NCBI GenBank assembly: GCA_002633005.1
Contig: NMRA01000331.1
Coordinates: 1 to 64,000 of the forward strand
Direction: 5' to 3'
Origin: Phoronis australis
Taxonomy: Eukaryota > Animalia > Phoronida
DNA length: 64,000 nt
Part shown: piece after piece, positions 24,101 through 36,100 of the stretch
How the letters are laid out: each line of letters starts with the position of its first letter
How positions within the stretch are numbered: position 1 is the stretch's first letter
Notes under the pieces: model-generated
Database searches by the model: none
What the model was told of the DNA's origin: nothing
The model's input: the letters and a program-made list of their open reading frames with translations, nothing else
Made by a program: the position numbers and the translations under genes

Positions 24101-27100
24101 GTGACACACAACTCCTAGTATAATGGCTTTTAATGTTACAAAAAGTTGCAGTTCCCTCTCAGAGTCTGACGATAAAGGGAAACTAAAAGGTTCTTGCATA
24201 TTCTTTAGGAAAGGCCGAAAGAAGAAGAATGGGAAAGAGGAACCAAGGGTCAAGATATTAACACTGTCTGGTTGTCACTCCCTCCGCCAAGCGGCAAAAT
24301 CATCTAGTAATGATCGGTTAAGAAGCCTGGGTTTCAGTGATGTTAATCTAATAGCGAAGGTAGCTGAATACCTCAAGTCCTGTTGAGCGCTCTTCACTAA
24401 AGAAAGTTTTGGTCAAGAAAGTGGAAATTGGGTTCCACCACCTAGCATTTAAGCAAACACGCAATTACATTCAAAGTGAGGTTCTTGACATCAGCGGTCA
24501 ATACCTGTCTCTACTTTGCTAGATTTGAACAAAGAAGAGTACGTAAGTAATGGTGGGACAGAAGCTGATTTATCAGCATACACTACTCAGAATCTCCTCA
24601 AGAAGGTCAAAGATCAATTTGGAGAAAAATTCAAGTGAGATTGTCAAATCAAGGGAAAGGCAATTTTATTTTCAGCTCCATTGTAACAGAAGAATATGAA
24701 CTAGTTTAGCAGGAAGGTGAAACTGAACAAAACTACCAAAATGACAAACTGAGATGGTCTGTTATTTATCTTCGATCTCAAAACATGCAACTGCCTAAGG
24801 CTAAGACATCTATTCCAACAACGGTGCAGAACTTGAAATCATGTGCACCAAAGATAGCGTAGCAACTTGAGGTGTTCTTCCCAACACTTCTTGGTGGCAT
24901 ATCAACATCAAACTCCCAAAGAGAAGCCATTGACCGCAAGGCGATCTCAATGGCATACAACAACCCGCGGTAATGTGAGGCCATAGAAGCACACGTCTCT
25001 TCGACAGGTTCAAAACTGTCTTTGCAGATTCTTAACAGAGCAGGACATTCCATTGGCTACAAAGCAACAGATGCCTTGAGACTGAGTTTGCGTATTCCAT
25101 AGATGGTATTTGGCTCCTTCAAAATCAAGACACTGCTTCTGTTTGGGATAATAATGATGCACAGATAGTCCTAGAAAAGCCTTTGTAAAATAAGAAAACG
25201 CGAGTTCAATGGCGCAAATGTAAGCCCATCAAATGATTAGTGAAGGTGCCGTTCCATGCCATATTGTGTCACCACGAGATCCCAGCACAAACAGTAAAAG
25301 TACAATAACAGTTGTATTGGATAGGGACATGGATAGAACATATTGCGTGCAGGTGTTATTCGCAGCTGTTAAAGGCTATTAAAAGGTGATTTTCGCGGTG
25401 ACGTAGACAAAAGCAAGCCAATACACCTAACATTTTATTATATTTGGCAATCTTTGGAACTTGTGGACTCAGAGCGATGTAGGATTTAAATTTACAGGCG
25501 TTATCGTTCAAAATAGGATTTAATCTAGCTGAACAGAGGTATCTGGACGTGTCTGGTGGGGCTAACCCACTACTAGACTGGTCTGGCAGTGTTTATTCAT
25601 GATAAATGGGCTTACGGACAATATCTTGCAATTCGATTCGTAGGGTTACCCCTTGGATCGATCTAGCTCAAATTTTAGACATTTTTATAATCGTCCGGCA
25701 GGAACACCCCACCTTACTGCTGTCCCACGTGCGCAGACGCTGAACATCGTGCAATTGGTTTCCAATTGTTACTTTGTGGGTTGATCTGGAGGGGCTAACC
25801 CACCACTAGATTTGTCTGGCAGTGATTACTCGTGATACCTAAGCTCAAGGTGAATACTTTGCAACTGGTTTCATGCTGTTACCTCTTGGGTTGATCTAGC
25901 TCAATTTTTAACATTTTTTGATAATCATCTAGCAGGGGCACCTCTCCCCTGGAATTGTCTGACATCTATCTGTTGTGCCATGTGCAGTGATGCTGAACAT
26001 CGTGCAATTAACCTATGGCAAGCTCCATCCCCTTGCGTAATGTCGACTAACAAACAATGAGTTTTACCCGGCAACGTGTTGTTTGTCGGGTAAAATGGCG
26101 GCTTGGAAACAAAGGTGTGCCAAGAATGATGAGTTCTAAATGGTCAGTTAAGCCGTCACTCAAAATCCTGGCGATAGGTCAATTGGTTTCAAAGGGTTAT
26201 CTGGTGAGTTGATCAAAGCTCAATTCAGGTATTTGGGCGTGTCTGGCGGGGCTAACGGCTAACCCACCACTAGATTTTGTCTGGCAGTGCTTGTCCGTGA
26301 CGGATACCTGGGTTCATGGCGAATATTTTGCAACTAGTTTCATGCGGTTACTTCTTGGATTGACCCAGCTCATTTTTTTTACCATGTTTACAACCGTCTG
26401 GCTGATACGCCCCACAGCTGAAATTGTCTGGCAGTGACCAAGTTTGATACAGAGGATTACGTAGTAGACATCGAAGGCAGTTTTAAGTGGATACCACAAA
26501 AGTTGATCTAGATCAATTTTTGAGTGTCATTCTCTTGGCTTCCCTGACCACACCCACTAGAACGAACTTGCCAGATGGCCATTTCCAAGCATGAGGATAC
26601 CCATAGAGTATTGTGGCACAAAAGAAAACTGGTTACCTTTTCATACCCAAAAAAGCTATGGGATCCCGGTCTATCCACTATTGTGATACCGACACGGCCG
26701 GCGCACGGAAGGTCACAAGACTTATAAAAGCAGTGACAATTTGCCGTGTCAACTGAACAAGCGCACAGGTCATTTTTTTATCGTGACCTTGCAGCAGCTT
26801 TGTGTACAGTGGTTACAACAATCAATTACGGCATAGCTCATAGGTTTCACGTCTATTTCAAACGTGACTTAATGACAAGCTCAAGCGTTACAACCCCAGT
26901 CACAACAAATAATCAGTATCAAACACACACGACACAACAAGGACCAAAAAGATGTCTTCAGAACAATCATGTTTGATATTCCCCGCCAATTTAAGATTCT
27001 GTCTACAAGCTGTCGTGAACCAGAGCATGAAATGAACTTTTACCACCATCATGATGTGGGCTGGAAAATTGCATGGTGTACAGCATTGGCACAGTACATA

Positions 27101-30100
27101 GAATCATAGACTACAGTACATGGACCGCCAACTCCGTACATTTTCAACGGACGAAATCTGTGATCTTACACGTAAGCCGTGACGTCACTATTCACTAGCG
27201 ACTCCTGACAAAATTAGCAAGTTTTACTATCGGCCAGTACACCGTATGCTAGTTATGGTCGCTATCGTGTGGTCGGTGGCCAAAAGTATTGACGATACCA
27301 ACAGTTCTATTATTGGAAGACTTTGAACAGCGTTACAATGCCGAAATTATTGTTTTTTTCGTTGTACTGGAAGTAAAATAGATGCAAGAATTTCCCGTCG
27401 CAATGAACAAACTTGAAACTGAAATTGGTAATTTAGGAGAGTGGTGGCTCCACTAGGATACAACGCAAGAAAACGTCAGAATTGCTAATCTCTTGCCTGT
27501 AATCTATCATAGTTGAATCCAATATTACAAAACAAGCATAAAATGTCATCGAAGTCAATTTTACAAGATGTATTAACTTTGATGACTCACTTGGTGATAT
27601 TACACATTGCTGCTCCATGTGTCATAAACAGTGATTTAAGGCTTAAGTAAGACATTGTGTCTTATGCTCCAATTTCTGTAAATTAGTTCTAGACCATGAT
27701 GCGTTCATAATTACTTGGATAAACCATTATTTTGCAATTGTAAAGTGGGAGTGCAAGACCAAATTTCACAAGTCTTACTGTTAAGTCACTTTTCATGAAA
27801 CGGGAGCTCTGGTCATAACAAAATTTGAATGCCTTCACTTACCTCAAACTTTCCCGAGTGAGGGTTTAAGTCGAGTAGAGAATAATCAGCATTTCTATCT
27901 CCGTTCTCATCAATGCTGACATTACCAGTTATACCTGTATGAGAAGAAGTTACGGTTTGATTCTACCTGACAGTTTAATATACTGCGGTCCAACATTATT
28001 GCACTTTTATCGCATTAATGATGGGTTGTCGTCGCACATTCAAAAAACTGCAAAACTTGGAGGTTAAAGTAAAGTGACTCAGCAGTAAAATCCACTATTA
28101 TGTAAGCAGATTAAAATGCGAGACGATATTGAAAAATAAACTTCATTAAAACAAGAAAAAGTTGAAATTCAATGACGTGTTTTAATATCCCAGTACTTTA
28201 CGACTTCAAATAAAACCGAATACATTGAGGGAGAGTCTAAGCACAAAGCTTTCAAGTCCATGGAAATATAGCGTGAACTTTATCAGAACCAATCGCCTGT
28301 ACATAACACTAGAATAACGAGATGGTTTCGTCAGGTTAAGCAAACGTAAAAGATATTTATCAACCCATACTGTTCTCAAGTGATGCTGTTCCTAAATACC
28401 TTCAAACGTTCGGTTCCACATGCGCTTTGTGATCTCCGCACCATTTTTAACACCATAGCCAGCTTCTAACGTGTCGTTTAGAGCCAGAGCATAAAGAATA
28501 ACTGCATCGTGAAATGCACCTACGAAGCTGTTAACCTGGTAAATAGAAATAATCGGACTTAGTTCTTGACAGCCAGATCGGCAGCAATAGGAAGTTTGAC
28601 TTCTTGTCCCAAATAACCAGTGCCAACTGAAACTGTAGGCATATACTTGTGTGTTAAAAATCTGGGAATAATTGGAGGCGCCAGAGCAGAGTTCCTCTGA
28701 AGCAATCTAAGAATCATCGGTTCTCTGACATCTACATGAATCATGTCCTTTCCAAGCAATTTTTGTTACTTCGGCGAAATATTCTGCTTAGTGTGAGTGT
28801 GGAATCCACCAGGAAATGCTTAATTTGTTTCTTTCTTCGATTTAAGTCGATGGAACATTGTTCCGAAATGTCCTCCAGTTTTCTATTGTAAACAAATTAC
28901 GCAATGACTATGCTAACCTCATAGAACAATCCTGCAATGTTCTCTAGCATTCTACTCTAAACAAATTATGTCATCACTAGTCTGATCCTATGGGTCACGT
29001 CAATGATATGAGATTTGCTAGAAAACAAATAGAACAGCAAAGGGCAATTCCTTGAGAAGATCAACCTAGAGACAAAAAATTAAAATTGTGACTAGATGAC
29101 ATTTCTGATGTCATCTGAAAGCCCAGTCTCTCAAGTTTCAGGGCTCATATTTGGATTTCCTATAGCTTTCGATTTTTTTCCTAAACAGACCCACTTTTGC
29201 AGGCCACTTGACCCTAAAAATTACCCCGATTTTTATACCCTTTTAATTATTGTCATCAATAAGCTAATTATGGACATTTTGCTATATTATCAAATTTGTG
29301 CCATCCCATCAAGCCTAAACTTTCTAAAAAATGTCGTTTAACCAGTACAACATCGTTGACCTCTTGGGGTCAAAGGCCAACTCCTGGATATTATGGTGCG
29401 TATGTCTATCATAAAAAGTGCAAAAAAGTTGTGTAACGTCAAAAGTTTTCAATCAAAATTAAAGTAATTTCACATCCATGAAATTACAATTTTTCAGAAA
29501 ATAAAAACCCTTACATATTATTATTAGTTTCCAAACTTACAAGAGATGGAATTTATCTCACACTAAAGAACCTAAAGCGATTAAATATTACAAAGACAGC
29601 CATAAAATCAAGTGCAGTTGATCCAGATTAAAACTGATACATTGGATTTATTCACTTTCAAAAGTATTTGGTGAGAACTTATACTTCACGGCGTCATCTA
29701 GTTATTCAACATGTTAAAAGAAGACAGATAGACCTCACCATACAGTGTAAATAAAACAAAATGCTAATTGAATGAGCTTATTGAGCTTGTGTTAGTGCCC
29801 CAAGTTTGTAAAAATCCTTAGTTTTTGGAAAACTGTTAAAGCAAAAAGTATTAGTATAAAAGATTTCCATGGGTGCTGTGGAGTTTAAATAATGAGAGAC
29901 GTAAAGGAATCCATGTCAAATTGCTGTTTTGGGTATTTTTTGCTCTGACTCGCTATGCTGTTTTTAGTTGAAAAAGCCGATCCTGGGCACTTTTAGGAGG
30001 TAGCAACCTGTGACCTGCACTATTAAGCATTTTTGTCACACCTTCAGTGACTATTACAAGCTCTTGTGTTTTTCATTGCCGGTCTTGGGCGGCTTGTATG

Positions 30101-33100
30101 AAATTCATACCAAATGATTACATAATCTCATTTTGCATATTTTTGGCAAAACAAGAACCTTGATCTCGCAATCTGTTTAAGAAAGATTAAGTCTCTTTCT
30201 GCTGAGCTTCGAGGAGATAGAAGCAGCAACAACGGCGCAAACTTTTCGAAAACAAGCTTGATTCGTAGGGAGTCCTGTTACTGCTCTATTTATTTTAAAA
30301 ACTTTATTGTGTTACATTTGATTTATTTTCTGTTCAACTTACTTTCTGTTCACTTACTATAAGAGCATTCAACATGATTAATACATTGTAAAAACCAAAA
30401 CTTATGCTCTATCGACATTAGACAAAATCAGTACACCGAATGAGGAGGACAGTTCGTTGTCCAGTGAACAGGACGGTGAGCCAAACTTTGACACGTTTAT
30501 TATGGTTTTGACTAAAGTATTGGAGCTGTTTAGAGGGTGCCAAGTGTACATCTGGGAAGGGAGTCACAAGGCGGTATATAAGCGGTGTGGGTGCTCATGT
30601 CACCATCCAGTGGGAGCAGCATAGGAATTCCACTGAGGTTGTCATAACAGTGCATACCGTGCGTTTGGGCCAAGACGTCCCACCACGTCTGTCCTTAGTC
30701 TCTGCCTCATCCCTTTCAACAGCTACGTATTCTGCCTCACTATACTCGGGCTCGAACATATATCCACCCACTGACCGTGAAAAAATTCTTCGTCGCCACT
30801 GCTATAAACAATTTCTCTGTCACTCACGTCACTGTGTTTGTGATATGGGTCACCGACAGCCATTTTCAGGCTACTATGAACTAAACGATTCCCAAATCTA
30901 ACGTAACTGAGATCTCTGACAACCCAGGTTGTTGTTAGAATACTCGTCGATGGAAGTGGTGACGGCAATTTTAGGAAACCGGCACGAAAACAACAGTAGA
31001 ACAGATCCTCACATTGAACTCAAATACAGAAAAACATGGCGGGAAATTCTTAACTCCCTAAACGTCACTTCCGGGGTAGGGCCCGACTAAATAATAAAAT
31101 TACGAGATTAAACGCTAAAACGGACCAATACCGTAGCGTGACGTTGGAAAATTTACGCGAAACGTTTCCCACGGCGTCGATTTTCAAGTAATCTCAACTA
31201 AAATTTGATGGTCCTGAAATCAATTCTAGTTGGAGCAAGGAACAACTTGAGAGGGGATATATAAGGGTTACAGGTCTACATCAAAACTGAATCTTATTAA
31301 ACACAACAGATTCAGAGCAAGCTTAAACTGAAAGATGAAAACACGTCATTAAATACCTCTTCCTCCCCGTAGTCGAAATTCGAGTCTTCCAACGCTTTCT
31401 TTTTAACCTTCTCTGAAAAGTTGTGATACTCTGGACTGTCTGGTTTCCTTAGCGTGACAGTCAATAACGCTTCGTACGCTTCTTTGGCTTTAGAGTTCTG
31501 TTCATCCGTGTCATTTTTACGGTACCAAGGTTGTTCCCTTTCGTTTTTACTACAATGAAATTCAATTCAGATCATAGTGCAATGAATGTTCATAGCTCGT
31601 GCCATTACGTAGCACAGAAATAAGGATTGTTACCTATCGGCGGCAAGGTTATATTTGAGAGCCTAGCTTACGGACCGCGTCCTGGGCCCATCTGGTCGGG
31701 GTACTGGATGTCTGTGTCAAGTGGTCACTTGTAGGCGGTGGTGGCGGTTGTCAAACACCACCTGGTGGCTGTCACTTGAGAGGAAGCGCTGGTAACTGGC
31801 AGGTAATTCTTAGCCACAAGTCTCTATTCAACAAGCTAGAGTTGAGCAGAGAAAGTGGCTACAAATTACCTGCCATTTACCAGCGCCTCCTCTCAAGTGA
31901 ATCACCAGGTGGAGTTTGACAACTGCCAAGCGCCGCCCACAGGTGGCCAAGTGACACGGAAATACCCCGCCAGTAACCCGACAAAGGGCCCAGAAGCTAA
32001 CATCTCAAATATAACCAAGCCATCGATATGTAACAATCCCTATTTAAAAAAGATCATGTTCAAATCTGATGAATAACGTGCATATCACAGTGAGCGACAT
32101 CCTTTCATGACACGTCTGCCTATCTGAGACAGTAATTCGGGTGAGACCAAGCAGGAAAACGTCGAGTTGTTTCCTGCAGCCGCCCAAACAAGGTAGCTAA
32201 TTTGTACTGTTTGGCAAACCTCGATGTTCAACCGTGAAACAACATAGGTGGTACTGAAACTGCTTTCAAGTATACTGACATACAAGTGTATAATCCCACA
32301 TTTCGCCCTCTTTACCTGGTTAAAAATGAGAATTGAATTACGACGATTACTACCGTGAACTTAAGTTCGTAATATTCCTTACTCGTGGATTCCACTTCCG
32401 TTACAGATCACATGCAATGCTTACATGCACCATTTTCGAATTCGGAATTTTAAGATTGGTCAATAAACCCTGAAACGTTTTTTTCTGTCGCTAATGGTTC
32501 AATGTTTCGGTTGGTAACGGAAATGGAATCCTATAACAGTAAGTAACATTATGACATCAATTATATGAGATTAAAATGGCTAATTCCGTTTTCGATTTTT
32601 AGCCACCTAAACAGTAAACCGCAAGAATGTAACAAGCAACAAATAAAATGATATGCGCTCAACGTGTGCATCGCATACAACTCAAATACAAAAGACGGTC
32701 ATTCTCCGAGGCCCTAAACGGAGTATGTACTGTAGGCTCAACGCAAGTAAGACCACACCTGCCATCATGATTCTTCAAGAACTTTGGAAGATAGGCATAC
32801 AACAAAGGACACAAAAAGCCAAGAATTTTGACAACAAATGAAAATGTCTTCTGTTTTATTCTGAAATGTTTATGTTGCCCCTTCGAGTCCATCTCCTCAC
32901 AGTTCCCCTACTGCCGATTCCTTGTCTTCATGTTCACATTATGGTTTCCGTTCATTTCCATATGTGCTCCCCACATTCCCACGGCTAACAATTCCTGGAT
33001 CCCGCATGGGCGGTGCACCATAGAGGGCTGGGGGGCTGTAGCCCCCACTTATTTCCCTGCTCCACCGCTAATGGCCAGCATGGACGCCGCACTTATTTCA

Positions 33101-36100
33101 GTGCTGCGCCGCCCATGTCCCGATGTTCTATATTCTGATACCCCCTGACTCGGCCCGCGTGCCAACTGCTTCCGTTATAATTTGGGTGTCAATCCATGTT
33201 TTTATACCGGTTCATTACTAGTCACATGCATTTATTGCAAAAGGGAACATTTACAAAAGGAAACAGTCACGTAGGCACACGCACGTACACACACCTAACC
33301 CTGCTGGCTACTTGGAAAAATAGTTTTGAAATTAGAAGAGAGATTAAAAGTTTTGTTAGTCATCTATTATAAATCGAGTAGAGAAACGTATACGTTAACC
33401 AATAAACATGCATCAGGAAAATTTTGTTCATGTTCTTTTAAACACATTAAAATATCTGTCGCTGAGAAGCAACTGACGTGTGGCGAATATTCAACAATGT
33501 CCCTTATTCGAGATTCAAGAACAGACTTGACAGTGACAGCTTCTTCAGTCTCATGCAGACTAGTCACAAATCCACCGCCTTACAGAAAAACCGAAATGTG
33601 TCCATGGGGAATCGAGCTGCAGCTCGAACGTTTTAGCCTATCATAATCGGCTACACTACTCGTGTGCAAGTTTCCTAAATGGTCGACAACAAGTTGTAGT
33701 TGTCAGAGGCGACAAGTTGTCAAGTGTATATGTGTAGTCTTGGAAACCCCAAGGCTCAGTGTTAGGCTCCTGCTTGTACATATTATGATATCACCTCTGG
33801 CCTGTCTGGTAAATCCAGATTATTTGCAGACGATACAATATGTTACAACATTGCCAACTAAGCCGCTGACAGAGAGGCTCTGCAGAAAGATCTAGATGGA
33901 CTTGCTCTGTAGGACGACAAGTGGCTTATTTCCTTCCACTGAGACAAGTGTAGTGCTCTCACTCTGACCAGAAAACGCCAAATCCAACCCACCTCCTGTG
34001 TGCTTTACAATCACACGCTAAAGTCGTTCAAGGCAGCTAAATATTTGAGCGTTATCATATCACATGACCTCAAATGGTCATCCTCTCTTGGGTCAATGTT
34101 AGATACTCACCATCAGCCTCAGGCGCAAAATCTGTAGGTTGAACATTGTCAGAATAAATATTGAATAGGTAATTAGTTAGAATAGATCCACTTTAAGTTG
34201 CCCAAAATTTGTGCATATGTACTTTCAAATCATGGGGTCAAACTTGTTGACATGTACTTTTAACGTCAAAATCTATTTTATATGGTGTTTACATTACTTT
34301 GGTTCTGGGGTCAAAGCACTCTAGAGACTCTAGAAATTTCTGAGAGCAAATTGTAACAGCCAATGATATGATTGGATAAGATGATGTCGCTTTTATTAGC
34401 CAATCGCTGAATAAGTAGAATATTATAATGTGGGCTAAAATCAAGAAGATAATCAGATGAGCTATAGTAGTTGAAGCATAAAGACTTGCAACAGTGTACA
34501 GAGGAAATTGTACAACAGAGCCATCTCATGGACGATTCTAAAGAGGATCTTAGCAAGGGCAAGGGTTAACGAACAGGAAGTTTACTATGAGCTCGTCACT
34601 TGCACCGCGGGTAGTAAGATACTACCTGAAGTGTTGCGGCTCTAGAAACTGTGACCAGCAAGAAGAATCGTGGGTAGAACAAACTGCCAGCAAGTGTTGC
34701 ATCACTAGAGACTGTGACCAGCAAGTACATCTGTCGCAATACAGTGCGTGTAGTTCGAAGATTCACCAACAGGACTGTCATCCAACAAGTGGCAAGTCCT
34801 ATAGCTTGGATAGCAGGTAAGACATTTGATTATTTTGGTTGATTGATTGAATTAATCTTTAAAGAGGGCGCTAGCGTTGTTACTCTTCCTTGTAGTTGAT
34901 TACTTAACAACAAGTTTCACTGTTCTACTTAGTGATTACCATATAATAAATTAATTACTGGATTTAATCGTTCTCTCTCCATCTACACACAATCTCAAAG
35001 CATAGCTACCTTTTAAACAAACCCACCGTAAATCTTTAACATTCGGTGGCTAGTCCGGGAGCGTTTAAATACAGGTTTACGTGGTTTTGTTGAATTGCTT
35101 TGAATCCAGTAATTACCATTTGAATATTAATTAATAAAGTGCATTCTGGGAATAATACGCTTCCTCTAAAATGGATTTTGAAAAGTATATTGCGCAAGTG
35201 AAACGGTTCGGTTACACCGGAGAAATTAAGGAAGTGCGCAGAGAAGCTCTTCTGGCAAGCTTTGGAGCGTGAAAGCGCTCCCATAACTTAGGAGCTGGAT
35301 CAAGCAGAGCTTGTAAAGGAACAAGCAGAGCTTGCCCATAAACAAGAGCTGGCAAAGGCAGAGACTGCAGAGCGTGCTCATAAACGAGAGATAGAGGAAA
35401 CTGAATACGAATATAGGCTCGAGCAAGAACGAGCCGAGCGGGCCCAAGGTGTTGAGATTGAGAAGCAGAAGACACTGCAACTCCAGATTGAGCNGAGCTG
35501 AGAAACAAAAAGGCCGAGAAAATGAGACACAAAAGTTCACTAAACACACACAAACGCCCCCGTTTTTTTCTTTACAGTCCGCCCGCTTTTTGTTACCAAA
35601 AAGTCCACAACGTCAGGAATTCGAGACCCCCATATTGAAGGCTGGGTGCGCGCATGTTATATATAGTGTATTGGGGGCGATCAGAAGCTGAGGACGCCTG
35701 TGGGTGTATGTACAAGCCGTCCCAAACTGCCAGAGGTTCAACGAATGCGTCGATGACATGGATGCTTTCCTAGCCCGATTTGAGACGTTCGTCACAAGTC
35801 ATGAGAACGGGCAATCGGAGTGGGTTGTGGACTTGGATCCACTGTTCACAGGTAAAGGCCTACAGGTATTCAATAACATGCCGTCCGACCAAATTAACAA
35901 CAGCGACTAACTAATAGTGGCGATGCTGCACAGGTATGAACTAACTGAAGACGGGTTCCGACGGAAGTCCAGAGAGTCCAAGCCTGAAAAGGGTGAAAAC
36001 GCGTTCCCCTTCGGGGCAAGACTAAAAAGGTTCTTTGACCGATGGACACATCTGTCGGAGGTCCAGATGACTTATGATGAACTCAGAGACTTACTGATCC

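Larger units (their letters stand above)
20232..26673 (+). mobile_element. Academ DNA transposon, degenerate, with long TIRs, 4-bp TSD and nested insertions
   Basis: TCCA|TAGACGGGGGTC... and ...GATCCCGGTCTA|TCCA (TSD 20228-20231 and 26674-26677). Inverted similarity of several hundred bp (~20232-20740 vs ~25900-26673). Transposase remnants at 24120-25170. Confidence 0.88.
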
